The position numbers and the translations under genes are program-made. Positions 1-9,772 of a stretch of DNA of 13,592 bases are shown here, in pieces. Under the pieces are notes generated by a model. It was not told the DNA's origin, ran no database searches, and saw nothing but the letters and a program-made list of their open reading frames with translations. Positions within the stretch are counted from its first letter, which is position 1, and each line of letters opens with the position of its first letter. The stretch is from contig DAOVET010000071.1 in assembly GCA_030668825.1 (NCBI GenBank), forward strand, positions 1-13,592, given 5' to 3'. This DNA comes from Candidatus Heimdallarchaeota archaeon (lineage in GTDB: Archaea > Asgardarchaeota > Heimdallarchaeia > Heimdallarchaeales > Heimdallarchaeaceae).

Positions 1-2401
1 CATCAGAGGTTTTACAAGTGCAGTTTTCCAGAATTTTCAGTGAACGGTTGAAACCTTCTTCCAGTTTATCATATAGAAGTTTGGATAATCCACTTCCACC
101 TTTTGCACCATCATATACAAAAATTGCTCCAGATTTACCCATGGATATTCCTCCAATCTCAGAACTTCCTCCTCCAGTTAACATTGAACTAGATTCAATC
201 ACAACATGTTCAACTGCGTGAAAGGTTCCATTTAACAAAACATCTTCTGGTAAGTATGCAAAAGTGTTTAGAAGTTCTATTGGTTTTGGCATTGTGAACA
301 TGAATCCTTTTGTTCGAAAAGAGTAAATTATGGGCTCATCAAAGGTTTTAGTTTCAAGAAGTTTGTTTGTAAAGATATCATTGACATTATAACCAGTAAC
401 TTGTTCAGTTATTTGTAAATCACAATAAATGACCTCTGTTCCAAGAACCTTTTTTCTTTCATTCACGACCAATATAGATGGAATTGCATATCGATTAGCC
501 GTTGTTTTCTGATTTATAGGTGGTATAGGCTGTAAGAGTATTTCTCCACCACCAAATCGATTATCATACTTGAAAGTTGAAGATCTGTAATGTTTACCTC
601 CATGAAGATATATTGCCCCAAGATGTAATTCTCTAGCGGCCATAGGCATAGATCTTTCCCCTAATCTTTTACCAGTTTTATCTTTGAGCAATAAAGTATC
701 CCCAATCCCCCTTATTGAATAAGCTCGTAATAGTCGCAATATATCGGTTCTAGATTTAGCTTTATATCCCCCATCTGCTGTTTTCCGCAGTTTTTCTTCG
801 CTCTCCAGTTGCGTTAACATAGTTTGGTGTTCAGTGAATTCTTCTTGTTCTATAGGTTTTTCCAGGACAGCAGCTAAAAGCTGATAATAGGAAACTATTT
901 CATTTTTGGGTTCAACATATCCTTGTCTGATGTCAGCAAAGTATGTTTCTGGGTAAACTGAATAGAATGTACTGATGGGATCATCATTTCTTAGAATCAA
1001 AGAACCAATTGATTCTTGTCCTTTTCTTCCAGCTCTTCCCAATCTTTGTATAAAACTTGTAATATTGACAATAGAGGAAACTACACCATCAACATCACCA
1101 ATGTCAATCCCTAATTCTAGTGTTGGTGTAGACACTAACGCGTCTAAATCACCTTCCCTAAATCTCTGCTCTACTCTGTTTCTATAATCTCTTGTTAAAC
1201 CAGCTCTGTGAACAGCTGATCTTATTTTTGCAGAACGTAAAAGTAAATTTATTATCTCAGCGTTCTTGTGACTGTTCTGAAAACAGAGTGTCTTATGACC
1301 TGAGGTTACCAGTTGCCTTGTTATTTCAGAGGTTATAGTATATTGACTGACATTCCAAGGGATGACAATCAATAAATGGGTTGGTGCTTTTCTAGCTTCT
1401 TTAACTATAATTGCTGTTACTTCTCTATCAAAAAGCTGAGAAGAAAAGTCAAGTGCATTTCCAATTGTTGCAGAAGATCCGATAAATTGGATTTTATTAG
1501 ATACAAGTCGTTGAAGTCGTTTTAAAATGAAATAGAGATTAGTTCCGAAAGCACCTATTGCGACATGAATTTCATCAATAATTATGAATTTGAGATTTCT
1601 AATTATTGAAACAAAAGGTAAATTTCTCATATGATAATGTAGCATATCAGGATTTGTGATAAGAATATCAGGAGGAGATTCAAGTATCTTTTCTCTCTTT
1701 GTTTTAGGAGTATCACCGTCATATACTTCGCAAGTAATTCCTAAAGTATCTCCATATTTCTTGATTTTCTTCTCTTGATCTTTGGCTAGAGCTTTTGTTG
1801 GATATATGATAAGAGCAGATAAACCTCTTCTCTGGAGTGGATGGGAAGCTTCATTCCAAATTTGTGTTAAAACTGGTAATATAAAAGCTTCAGTTTTTCC
1901 TGTCCCTGTGGGGGCTACAATAACAATGTCCGCTCCTTTGTCAATTAAATTAAAAGCTTCTTGTTGAAATTCATATAGAAAGGGCAGATTATTTTTACTT
2001 AGAAAGGAACTCAATTTTTCTGGAAATTGTATCTTTGTTGAGCTTTGTTTGGGGGATTTTTGTTCCAGAAAGCCATAGTAAATTAACTCAATATCGGGGT
2101 TGTTAATTATGTTCTTAATTGCGTAAGGTATTTTTTGTGGATCATATCCTCCATCTTGTATTAGTTTTCTCTTCTCCTCCTTTGTTTTCCTTGGAACAGG
2201 GAAGAGATTTTCCTCTTTTTTCTTTTTTAATTGCTTTGCTAATTCACGTCGAGATTGCTTAGAATCTACTAATTGTTTGTATGCTTCAGTTTTATCAGCA
2301 ACAAAAATTGTTTCTTTAAGACCGCAAAAACTACATTGAAACAGAAAGGAACTTGATTGTTTTGTTACATTCAAATCTTTTTTGCAGTCTGGACATTTCA
2401 T
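1..2401 (-). CDS. DEAD/DEAH-box SF2 helicase, Hrq1/MrfA-like, with C-terminal DUF1998 Zn-binding domain and N-terminal zinc ribbon (3' end truncated by window edge)
   Basis: Manual translation from ATG at 2401, preceded by GAGGT RBS: MKCPDCKK...QCSFCG; motif I VAPTGTGKTEAF (~1885-1918); IYPTKALA; motif II IDEIH (~1565-1579); SAT; HRAGL; motif VI QRLGRAGR (~1025-1048); YDGAKGGSG and LENCTCKTSD at the edge. The start, motif I and edge codons share one frame. Absent from the ORF track because there is no stop inside the window. Confidence 0.93.
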   Translation of the reverse strand, partial: MKCPDCKKDLNVTKQSSSFLFQCSFCGLKETIFVADKTEAYKQLVDSKQSRRELAKQLKKKKEENLFPVPRKTKEEKRKLIQDGGYDPQKIPYAIKNIINNPDIELIYYGFLEQKSPKQSSTKIQFPEKLSSFLSKNNLPFLYEFQQEAFNLIDKGADIVIVAPTGTGKTEAFILPVLTQIWNEASHPLQRRGLSALIIYPTKALAKDQEKKIKKYGDTLGITCEVYDGDTPKTKREKILESPPDILITNPDMLHYHMRNLPFVSIIRNLKFIIIDEIHVAIGAFGTNLYFILKRLQRLVSNKIQFIGSSATIGNALDFSSQLFDREVTAIIVKEARKAPTHLLIVIPWNVSQYTITSEITRQLVTSGHKTLCFQNSHKNAEIINLLLRSAKIRSAVHRAGLTRDYRNRVEQRFREGDLDALVSTPTLELGIDIGDVDGVVSSIVNITSFIQRLGRAGRKGQESIGSLILRNDDPISTFYSVYPETYFADIRQGYVEPKNEIVSYYQLLAAVLEKPIEQEEFTEHQTMLTQLESEEKLRKTADGGYKAKSRTDILRLLRAYSIRGIGDTLLLKDKTGKRLGERSMPMAARELHLGAIYLHGGKHYRSSTFKYDNRFGGGEILLQPIPPINQKTTANRYAIPSILVVNERKKVLGTEVIYCDLQITEQVTGYNVNDIFTNKLLETKTFDEPIIYSFRTKGFMFTMPKPIELLNTFAYLPEDVLLNGTFHAVEHVVIESSSMLTGGGSSEIGGISMGKSGAIFVYDGAKGGSGLSKLLYDKLEEGFNRSLKILENCTCKTSD

Positions 2402-2538
2402 TGAAATACCTCTTTATTTTGTTATCATTATTATAATTAATAAAGTTGCAGAGATTGTCTGTTATTAAAACCTCTTAAAGGATATTTAATGGATAGGTTT
2501 AAAATAAGTTATTTGTGTATCGGCTCAAGGTAAGAAAA
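2402..2538. promoter_or_regulatory. Divergent promoter region between the helicase and the small ORF
   Basis: Very AT-rich intergenic gap between head-to-head genes, with several TATA-like boxes (TTATAATTAA, TTATTAAA, TTTAAAAT). Exact boxes cannot be resolved. Confidence 0.45.
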
Positions 2539-2796
2539 ATGGCTTCTCAAAGAGTATGTAAATGGAAGCAAGGGATGACTGGAAGAAGTCCTGAAGGAAA
2601 GGTACAACAAGTAAATTTTCCCTGCAGATATCCCACGGAAGAACTCACAACAGATTTATGTACATTGTGTCTTCTGGGTGATTTGTTTGCAATGTTCTAT
2701 GCACAATCAATGAGTTTCAAGAAAAGTTCAGATATGCAGGAAGAAATTATGGCTTTTCTAAAAAGCTTCACTTCAGAAGATTTTGATATGAGATAA
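2539..2796 (+). CDS. Small hypothetical protein (85 aa) with four Cys, possible zinc-binding
   Basis: ATG at 2539 is preceded by AAGGTAAG and preferred over the GTG at 2515. The ORF fills the gap between two minus-strand genes. Pattern C-x21-C-x11-CxxC followed by a helical tail. Confidence 0.7.
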   Translation: MASQRVCKWKQGMTGRSPEGKVQQVNFPCRYPTEELTTDLCTLCLLGDLFAMFYAQSMSFKKSSDMQEEIMAFLKSFTSEDFDMR

Positions 2797-2836
2797 TTGC
2801 ACATCTAATTTCATCGTTACTGAATCATAATTCATG

Positions 2837-5800
2837 TTATTTTCTAAAGCGTGAGATAACAATCACAATCACTAAAACGCCGGCTAATGCTCCAGTACTT
2901 ATGAGAGGGTAAAGCCAAGGGAGTGACGAGAAAGTAATTTCATCATATTTCTCTGAAAATGGTAGATTTATTTTAATAACTGGTGAGAATGAAATCCATA
3001 GAAACTTATTTTGATCACTTTCACTCACATTAGCAGGAGAATTCTTAATTGAGAGGTTCATTGTATCTTGTGTATTGCTATCAGAATGGGTTTCAGTTGA
3101 TTGAAAATCTGTTGGACGTATTTCGTAAATTGAATCATAATTAATTATAATTGGGGGTATAATGAAATCTTCTGCTAAATCAGAAAGTTGAATTTTAATA
3201 ACTATTCTATCTCCTGGATGAAGGGTTGTATTTGCATAACTAATCAGAAAGAAATTAGCTCTTGATGTAATCACTGGAGAAAGTATTTGTTCTTCACCAT
3301 TTTCTAAAATTAGTGTGCAGTTTATTTCATCAATTTCAGCTGTCTCCTTACCAAACATTTGAGAAATTCTCACATCAGTTGGAGAAAGACCAGTATTTTT
3401 GATTTCATATTCAATATACATTGATCGATCTTTTTCATGCAATGTATAGTCTGATGTCACAACAATTTCTGGAACAGGAAAACTTGGTCTTAACACATTT
3501 TCGAGTGAAATTGGTGGAAATAGTATTCCAAACGTTAGTGTGGAGGTTATTATATTCGCAGTTTCACCACCGTAAATCCAAGGAATCGTAGCATCAATCC
3601 AAGGAATATAAACTTCCTCCGCGGGTTGATTTAAATCAGAAATGAAGCTAATTACTGCTACATATGTATTCAAACCTATATAGCTGTTTGCCTTTATTGA
3701 AAACTCTTGGTTTATTGTCTCCCCAACTTCAATTGCATCAATATCAAAGGACTTCACTACAATCATGTCAGTTGGTAACCACAAGTAATTCAATCTCAGA
3801 TTTACAATATCAACATGGACATTGTAAGCTCCAGTGGTTCCAAAATTATTGATATCAAGGGTGAAGGGGATGTTCTCTCCCACTCTGTAAGTTGTCCTGT
3901 TTGTAATTAGTATGCTTTCAAGAACTGCTTCATCATCACCTAATTGAAAATTCAAACCATTGGTTAATCCGTAATAACCTCTTCCAGAATAATCAAAATA
4001 CTGATAGCGACTGCCTATTGAAACAAAAGAATCAGTTATTGAATCATAGAAACTCAAGAATCTACCTGCACTATTTAAACTGGTGAATAGAGCAAGCATT
4101 AATGTCTTGTAATCGCTTTCAACTGTTTGAAAAACAGTGTAATCTTCTAGACCGTTTTCAGCTGGAAAAATTGAAAAGAACCCGAACCTGTCTGCAGAAG
4201 TAGGTATATCTGTAATTGACCAGAAAGCTTCATAACTCTCATTTACACCAAGTGGTGGAATTTCACATTCTAAGTATCCTCCAAACATAATAGAATTTTT
4301 GTAACTGAAATCTGTAGAACTGAATTGGAAGAGTGTTTTGTTCCTGTAGAATTCATTGAAAACAATGTTGTAAGCATCATTTACAGCAAGTTGCAATTGT
4401 TCATTTATTATCGGTTCAAAATAGGTCCAATTATTTGCTATTTCTGATATAGTATATAAATCCAATATTGGGGAAATTCTTGCCAATACAGCAATGTACA
4501 AATCCTCCGATATACCGTTTGTAGTTTCAATATTTACATACTCATTAATCTCTAAAGTTGTGTTATCCAACCATCTTTCAAGAGAAAGAGTAGTAGTATT
4601 TTCATACCAACCGCGAATATCAAGAATGAAAAATTCAAAAATATAACTAGCATACTGAATATCAAGTGTTATCCCTGAGTTGAACAACTCATTAATTTGC
4701 AAATCATCATGTAGAACTGGTACCTCAAGACCTTCTTGAATAAACATTTCCAAATCCCCAGGGATCGGGAAAATGATAGTTGTGTTATAAGCTGTGTCAG
4801 TTCCAGTATTACTAATATTATAAGTCATATTGAGAATTCCATCATTCTCAAGTAAGAAATCGGAATATGAATTTGATACTGAAATCCTCGGAAAGACAAA
4901 TTCATCATAAGAGAAAGGATAATAGATTATTTCAGGATTAAAAGAATCATAAACAGTTGTACTGAAAAATTTGAGAACCCATTCAAAAGAACCAGTTATT
5001 GAGCCCCCTACATTATTAGGTGGGGGAGACACACTAGTTACATCAGCCAAAAACGGCATATTGAATGAAAATTTTGATACAAACGCATTAGCCTTAGGAA
5101 TTAAAGGGGAGTTTAATGATAAGCTTAAATCAAAAATTCTCTGATTACCAATGGTCTGAATTTTATTTTCTTGTGCAACAACTGCTGTCCTAATGATTCG
5201 TGTAATGATTCCAAATCTTTTCACCAGAGAAAAACCAAAAGCATAAACTGTAGGTGACTCGGTTAGCATGTCTTCTATTATACCTACAGAGTTACCATTC
5301 TCTTCTTGATAGTCAGATTTGAAAATTACATCAAATAAAATTAATGCTTGTGAATATGAAATTGGGGCCACTAGATATAAAACAGTATCAACGAGAGAGG
5401 GATTTTGAATATTGAAAACACCCAAACTTACATTACAAAATTGTTGAACAACACTATTAACAAATTGATATATTGCCTTAATACGCTCGTAGTTTTGTGT
5501 TCTCAGTGTAAGTTTGATTACTAAACCATCTGGATACTTCCAGAGAGGATTAGTCCAGATTTTTGAATATGAAGATTGATTTGCTACAATGAAATCGATT
5601 TGATTGACATATGTGAGTTCGGATCTAGAAAGGTCAAGAGGTGTTCGAAGTAAACCCCCATCTAGTTCCAGAGAAGCTATAACAGAATCGTCTTTTCCAA
5701 CAATAATATCAAATTTTTCTTGAAAAAGAAGTAATTGTTCTTCAGCCATTACAGAGGGGGAAGTTGTATTAGAACTTGCAGAATAAGCACTTCCAATAAG

Positions 5801-5908
5801 AATAGGTGGAGATACTATAGAAGAGAGGAATAAAATGAGTACCACAAGAATTTTATGAAATGGTGGGGCTATTCTATTCTTTAAATGTTGGAGTTTTTTG
5901 GTACTCAT
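2837..5908 (-). CDS. Large secreted, C-terminally membrane-anchored surface (S-layer-like) protein with CARDB/DUF11-like Ig folds
   Basis: 1023-1024 aa ORF with GAGGGG RBS. Basic plus hydrophobic N-terminal signal; three Ig-type strands (YNISNTG, LDINNFG, YEIKNTG); many N-x-S/T sequons; C-terminal TM helix ending SRFRK. Confidence 0.8.
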   Translation of the reverse strand: MSTKKLQHLKNRIAPPFHKILVVLILFLSSIVSPPILIGSAYSASSNTTSPSVMAEEQLLLFQEKFDIIVGKDDSVIASLELDGGLLRTPLDLSRSELTYVNQIDFIVANQSSYSKIWTNPLWKYPDGLVIKLTLRTQNYERIKAIYQFVNSVVQQFCNVSLGVFNIQNPSLVDTVLYLVAPISYSQALILFDVIFKSDYQEENGNSVGIIEDMLTESPTVYAFGFSLVKRFGIITRIIRTAVVAQENKIQTIGNQRIFDLSLSLNSPLIPKANAFVSKFSFNMPFLADVTSVSPPPNNVGGSITGSFEWVLKFFSTTVYDSFNPEIIYYPFSYDEFVFPRISVSNSYSDFLLENDGILNMTYNISNTGTDTAYNTTIIFPIPGDLEMFIQEGLEVPVLHDDLQINELFNSGITLDIQYASYIFEFFILDIRGWYENTTTLSLERWLDNTTLEINEYVNIETTNGISEDLYIAVLARISPILDLYTISEIANNWTYFEPIINEQLQLAVNDAYNIVFNEFYRNKTLFQFSSTDFSYKNSIMFGGYLECEIPPLGVNESYEAFWSITDIPTSADRFGFFSIFPAENGLEDYTVFQTVESDYKTLMLALFTSLNSAGRFLSFYDSITDSFVSIGSRYQYFDYSGRGYYGLTNGLNFQLGDDEAVLESILITNRTTYRVGENIPFTLDINNFGTTGAYNVHVDIVNLRLNYLWLPTDMIVVKSFDIDAIEVGETINQEFSIKANSYIGLNTYVAVISFISDLNQPAEEVYIPWIDATIPWIYGGETANIITSTLTFGILFPPISLENVLRPSFPVPEIVVTSDYTLHEKDRSMYIEYEIKNTGLSPTDVRISQMFGKETAEIDEINCTLILENGEEQILSPVITSRANFFLISYANTTLHPGDRIVIKIQLSDLAEDFIIPPIIINYDSIYEIRPTDFQSTETHSDSNTQDTMNLSIKNSPANVSESDQNKFLWISFSPVIKINLPFSEKYDEITFSSLPWLYPLISTGALAGVLVIVIVISRFRK

Positions 5909-6005
5909 CAAACATTCCCCTCAATATTTCTTATGTTCACGTTTATTGATAAGCATTTATTTCTATAAATTTTAAAGTATTCAGTTCTAATTTTCTCGAA
6001 CTTCG

Positions 6006-6851
6006 TCATATTGAGACCTCCAGCAGGTTCATTATAATGAACGATAAGGCATTAATCATAAAAACTACAAATAGAGCAGTCACTCCTGCCTTTTCAAATC
6101 TTATTTCTTTAATAACTACTATGGCTTCTAATAGAAAACCGACAAAAAATAACTGAAAAATGAAAATCAAAATGATAAACCAGACATCAAGCTCAAAAAG
6201 TGAGGTAGGGTATGTAAAGTCAAAAACAAACGATAAAATCACAGTAAGTAAAATCATTGGGATTTGCACTACAATAACGCTTTGTAGTAGAGCCAATTTC
6301 CCTGAAGTTTTACGAAATAGTAGAAAAAGTAAAGCCTCACAAATCAAATAAGTAGCAACTGTGGTAATTATAAAGATAAAGGGGGCAACGAAATCAGGTG
6401 TTATGAATGAGGGGAATAAAAATATAGGAACAGCTGATATGAAATATGTTGAAACTTGCAATCCTATGAATAGAAGGAGGGTAAAACCAAGTGATCTAAT
6501 TGGATCATTTTTTATAAATTTAAAAACTGGACGAAGGAAAATATAGTGTAAAAAGGCAAATTTTCCATAAGCTACTTGGCTCGGTGCTGAAACGTCCAAC
6601 TCATCCTCAATCAATGCATAAGAGCGTTTTCCTTTTTCTGTTAAGAAATATCGTTTTGTAGAATCTTGTGATATTAGAAATCCTAGAGTATAAAGATGAT
6701 GATAAAGTGTTCCCACTTTCATTTGAAAGCGATCTTGAATCTCTGTAAAGGAAGCAATCCTCTTTTCTCCAATAAAGCAAAGCAAATCTCTTCTAATTTG
6801 ATTGGAGAGAGCTTTCCAAATTTCAGGAGAAGATTGTTTCTTAGAATTCAT
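6006..6851 (-). CDS. ArsR-like winged helix-turn-helix regulator fused to a multi-pass membrane domain
   Basis: N-terminal WKALSNQIRRDLL...SFTEI...GTLYHHL...YFLTEKG is an ArsR/wHTH signature. The C-terminal ~165 aa contain about 5-6 hydrophobic helices. Confidence 0.85.
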   Translation of the reverse strand: MNSKKQSSPEIWKALSNQIRRDLLCFIGEKRIASFTEIQDRFQMKVGTLYHHLYTLGFLISQDSTKRYFLTEKGKRSYALIEDELDVSAPSQVAYGKFAFLHYIFLRPVFKFIKNDPIRSLGFTLLLFIGLQVSTYFISAVPIFLFPSFITPDFVAPFIFIITTVATYLICEALLFLLFRKTSGKLALLQSVIVVQIPMILLTVILSFVFDFTYPTSLFELDVWFIILIFIFQLFFVGFLLEAIVVIKEIRFEKAGVTALFVVFMINALSFIIMNLLEVSI

Positions 6852-6902
6852 GTAACCTAATAAGTAAAATGGTCAATCTATAATTTAAAACTTAGCTTAT
6901 TA

Positions 6903-8027
6903 TTAATGACTCTCAATTATGTTGTATAGAGTATTTCGCTGAACGGGAATCCTGTTCGCATCGCGTATGAGTTCTACAAATTCTTCAATGCTTTTTTCTT
7001 CTCCAAAAGTACCTCCTGCACTTTTGGTGATTTCTTCTGTGAAAATGGTTCCACCTAGATCATTCACTCCAGAACCTAATATTACTTGGGAAAACTTTGG
7101 ACCCAACTTCACCCATGAAACTTGAAGATTAGGGATTACCTCACCTAAATACAGTCTTGCAGTACTGAATAATGCTAAGTCGTGCATTCCCGTACTACTT
7201 GGACGTGCTCCAAAGTATTTGTAGAGAACAGTATTTGTATGTACAAATGGAAGAGGAACGAATTCAGTAAACCCATTTGAGATTGATTGTATGTGTTTTA
7301 TTATTGCTAAATGTTCTGCTTCATCAGCAAGAGATTCTATGTGTCCATACATTATTGTAGAAGTTGATTTTAAACCACTTGAATGACCTGTTAATACGAT
7401 GTTTACCCATTGTTCTGTTGATATTTTATCGGGACAGATAATCTTTCTAACATCATCTACAAGAATTTCTGCAGCTGTTCCTGGAAAGGAGTCAAGTCCA
7501 TGATTCGCTAGATCTTTGAATATATCCTCGACACTTTCTTCAGATATTTGAGACAAATAAGCTATTTCTGAAGGTGAAAAACCATGGATGTGAATATCAT
7601 GAGATACAGATTTAATTGTTTTAAGAAGTCCAACATAATAATCATAATTTAGCTTGGGGTCTAGTCCACCCTGTATGCAAATTTCTGTGCACCCGCGAGC
7701 TACTGCTTTTTCAGCTTCTATTTTGATATCATCAAGAGACATTCTAGAGTTAGCAATTTCCTCTGTTTCACCTCTTAAACTATAAGAACAGAATCTACAT
7801 GTTCCCAAACAATGACGAGAAAAATTGATATTTTGATTAACCACAAATGAAACATTATCCCCAACTTGTTGAAACCTCAAATCATCAGCTAAAGAGGTTT
7901 GAATCCATAGTTCTTTTCCTCTTTTTTTTAGCATTTTTGTGAGATCAGTAATTTCTTCTTGATGTAATTCTTTGAATGTAGCTAAATCACATACAAGATC
8001 AATTTTTGGAGGTGCTAAATTTTTCAT
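6903..8027 (-). CDS. cofH: FO synthase subunit 2 (5-amino-6-(D-ribitylamino)uracil--L-tyrosine 4-hydroxyphenyl transferase), radical SAM
   Basis: NINFSRHCLGTCRFC radical-SAM motif; TEICIQGGL, PGTAAEIL, STSTIMYGHIE, FTEFVPLPFVH, NLQVSWVKLG, NDLGGT..EEITKSAG and QRNTLY; overlaps cofG. Confidence 0.93.
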   Translation of the reverse strand: MKNLAPPKIDLVCDLATFKELHQEEITDLTKMLKKRGKELWIQTSLADDLRFQQVGDNVSFVVNQNINFSRHCLGTCRFCSYSLRGETEEIANSRMSLDDIKIEAEKAVARGCTEICIQGGLDPKLNYDYYVGLLKTIKSVSHDIHIHGFSPSEIAYLSQISEESVEDIFKDLANHGLDSFPGTAAEILVDDVRKIICPDKISTEQWVNIVLTGHSSGLKSTSTIMYGHIESLADEAEHLAIIKHIQSISNGFTEFVPLPFVHTNTVLYKYFGARPSSTGMHDLALFSTARLYLGEVIPNLQVSWVKLGPKFSQVILGSGVNDLGGTIFTEEITKSAGGTFGEEKSIEEFVELIRDANRIPVQRNTLYNIIESH

Positions 8028-9099
8028 CTACCTTGAATTCCTCTATTATTCCGCGCATTCTAGTGTTTAAATACTTTTCATATTGAGGATAAACTGGAAG
8101 TCTCTCTTTTAGCGAAAATCCTGCTAAATTAAGTTCTTTAACCAAGTATTGTTCTTCTTGCCATATCATGTTTGGATTAATATAATCGATAGTGATTGGA
8201 GAGATTCCCCCCACATCGTTTGCTCCATGATTGATAGCGGTAATAATTCTCTCTCGATTAAGATTGGGTGGGACTTGAATACTCACTTCAGCTGGAAGAA
8301 TTTCGCGTGCCAAAGCAATGGTTATTAGAACATCTTCTTCCCTAGGGGCAGGATGGTCTGCCATAGGAGTATTTTCTTGAGGGTTGAAATTTTGAACAAT
8401 TACTTCTTGAATATGATTATATTCCCTACTTATATCTGCAATTATTTGGAGAGATTCTATCCTCTCTTGCCATGTTTCTCCAATTCCGATAAGAATTCCC
8501 GTTGTAAATGGAATCTTTAGTTTTCCTGCATTTTCTATTGTATTAATTCGTAAGGTCGGATTCTTACCTGGGGAATTTTGGTGAGGTTTCCCCTCATCCA
8601 TCAATCTTAAGCTGTGTGTTTCCAGCATCAAACCCATGCTCGCGTTTGTTTGTTTTAATAAGTTTAAATCTGAAGAAGACAATACGCCTAAATTGGAGTG
8701 AGGTAAAAGATGTTGTTCCAAAGCTACTCCACACAAATAATTAACATATTCTACAGTAGTTTGAAATTTTAATGCTTTAAGAAATTTCAATGCTGATTGA
8801 TATTTTTCCTCTGGTTTCTCACCTAGGGTGATTAAAACTTCTTTACAATCCTCAGCTTTAGCTTTCATTATTATTTCATTGTAATCTTTAGGAAGAATCC
8901 AAGTATTGGGATCATCTGAAACAAAACTACAATAATCACAACGATTACGACATTGATGAGTTACTGGGACAAAGACATTTCGGGAAAATGTAATATGTTT
9001 GCCATATTTTCTTTCTCTCTTGGTTTCAGCTTTACTTATTAATTCATCTCGATCATTTTTGAGCAAATGTAAAAACTCATCAAAGCTCATCTTACTCAT
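7999..9099 (-). CDS. cofG: FO synthase subunit 1 (7,8-didemethyl-8-hydroxy-5-deazariboflavin synthase), radical SAM
   Basis: ITFSRNVFVPVTHQCRNRCDYC; LLPHSNLG, SMGLMLE, PFTTGILIGIGE, HIQEVIVQNF, IQVPPNL, DVGGISPITIDYINP and ERLPVYP are CofG signatures. Confidence 0.95.
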   Translation of the reverse strand: MSKMSFDEFLHLLKNDRDELISKAETKRERKYGKHITFSRNVFVPVTHQCRNRCDYCSFVSDDPNTWILPKDYNEIIMKAKAEDCKEVLITLGEKPEEKYQSALKFLKALKFQTTVEYVNYLCGVALEQHLLPHSNLGVLSSSDLNLLKQTNASMGLMLETHSLRLMDEGKPHQNSPGKNPTLRINTIENAGKLKIPFTTGILIGIGETWQERIESLQIIADISREYNHIQEVIVQNFNPQENTPMADHPAPREEDVLITIALAREILPAEVSIQVPPNLNRERIITAINHGANDVGGISPITIDYINPNMIWQEEQYLVKELNLAGFSLKERLPVYPQYEKYLNTRMRGIIEEFKVDEKFSTSKN

Positions 9100-9772
9100 C
9101 TTTCTTTAGTTTTAGAGTAACTAGATAGCCCTCATGTAATTTATTCACAGTCTGTATTTCACAGTTAATTGCATCTCCAATATTGTGAATAGCTTCTTGT
9201 TCGAACAAAAGTTTTGCATTCTTTCCTCCAACAAAAACTGGGGCATAAAAAATGTGCATGATGTCCACCAATCTATTGGTTAAGAACTGTGTAATCACAG
9301 TTGAACCTCCTTCTACCAACAACTTGTTAACCCCAAGTTGAGTTTTCAAGATTTTCAACACATTATCCAAATTCAGATATCTTTTATTTTTTTCGAATTC
9401 CACGGAAACTACTTTTGCCCCGAGTTTTCTAATCTCATCTTGTTTACTTGCTGAACATTCCTTGGATGTAATAATAATTGAGGGTAATCTTTCTTGGTCT
9501 TGAAGAACTTTTGCTGTCAACGGAATTCTGCACCTAGTATCCAAAATTGTCCTTAATGGAGCTGGTTCTTTAGGTTTGATATATCTAACAGATAACAAAG
9601 GGTCATCCTTGAGAATTGTATTTACACCAACAAGTATTGCATCAACAGAGTTTCTTAATTCATGCACTCTTACCCAATCTTCAGTGGTTGATAAAATCAG
9701 AGCCCCTTCACTGGAAGCAATTGCACCATCTAAAGAACTAGCAACATTTACAATTACTTCAGGTTTTTCCAC
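9092..9772 (-). CDS. arfC: 2,5-diamino-6-ribosylamino-4(3H)-pyrimidinone 5'-phosphate reductase (stand-alone RibD C-terminal / Rib7-type)
   Basis: ASSLDGAIA, VHELRNSVDAILVGVNTILKDDPLL and LLVEGG motifs. No N-terminal CDA-type deaminase domain. GTG start with GGTGA RBS at 9777-9781. Confidence 0.9.
   Translation of the reverse strand: MEKPEVIVNVASSLDGAIASSEGALILSTTEDWVRVHELRNSVDAILVGVNTILKDDPLLSVRYIKPKEPAPLRTILDTRCRIPLTAKVLQDQERLPSIIITSKECSASKQDEIRKLGAKVVSVEFEKNKRYLNLDNVLKILKTQLGVNKLLVEGGSTVITQFLTNRLVDIMHIFYAPVFVGGKNAKLLFEQEAIHNIGDAINCEIQTVNKLHEGYLVTLKLKKDE

Noticed and set aside
18-1967. Short + strand ORFs 18-221, 975-1187 and 1782-1967
   Set aside because: Antisense shadows of the minus-strand helicase, with no recognisable motifs.
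1-2401. Helicase as part of a DISARM/Druantia-type defence system
   Set aside because: No methylase, phospholipase D or other defence partner is visible. The single-chain helicase plus DUF1998 fits a repair helicase, although genes left of the window are unseen.
6903-8027. MqnC/MqnE (futalosine pathway) instead of CofH
   Set aside because: It overlaps a clear cofG, carries the CofH-type FTEFVPLPFVH and QVSWVKLG motifs, and no mqn genes are nearby.
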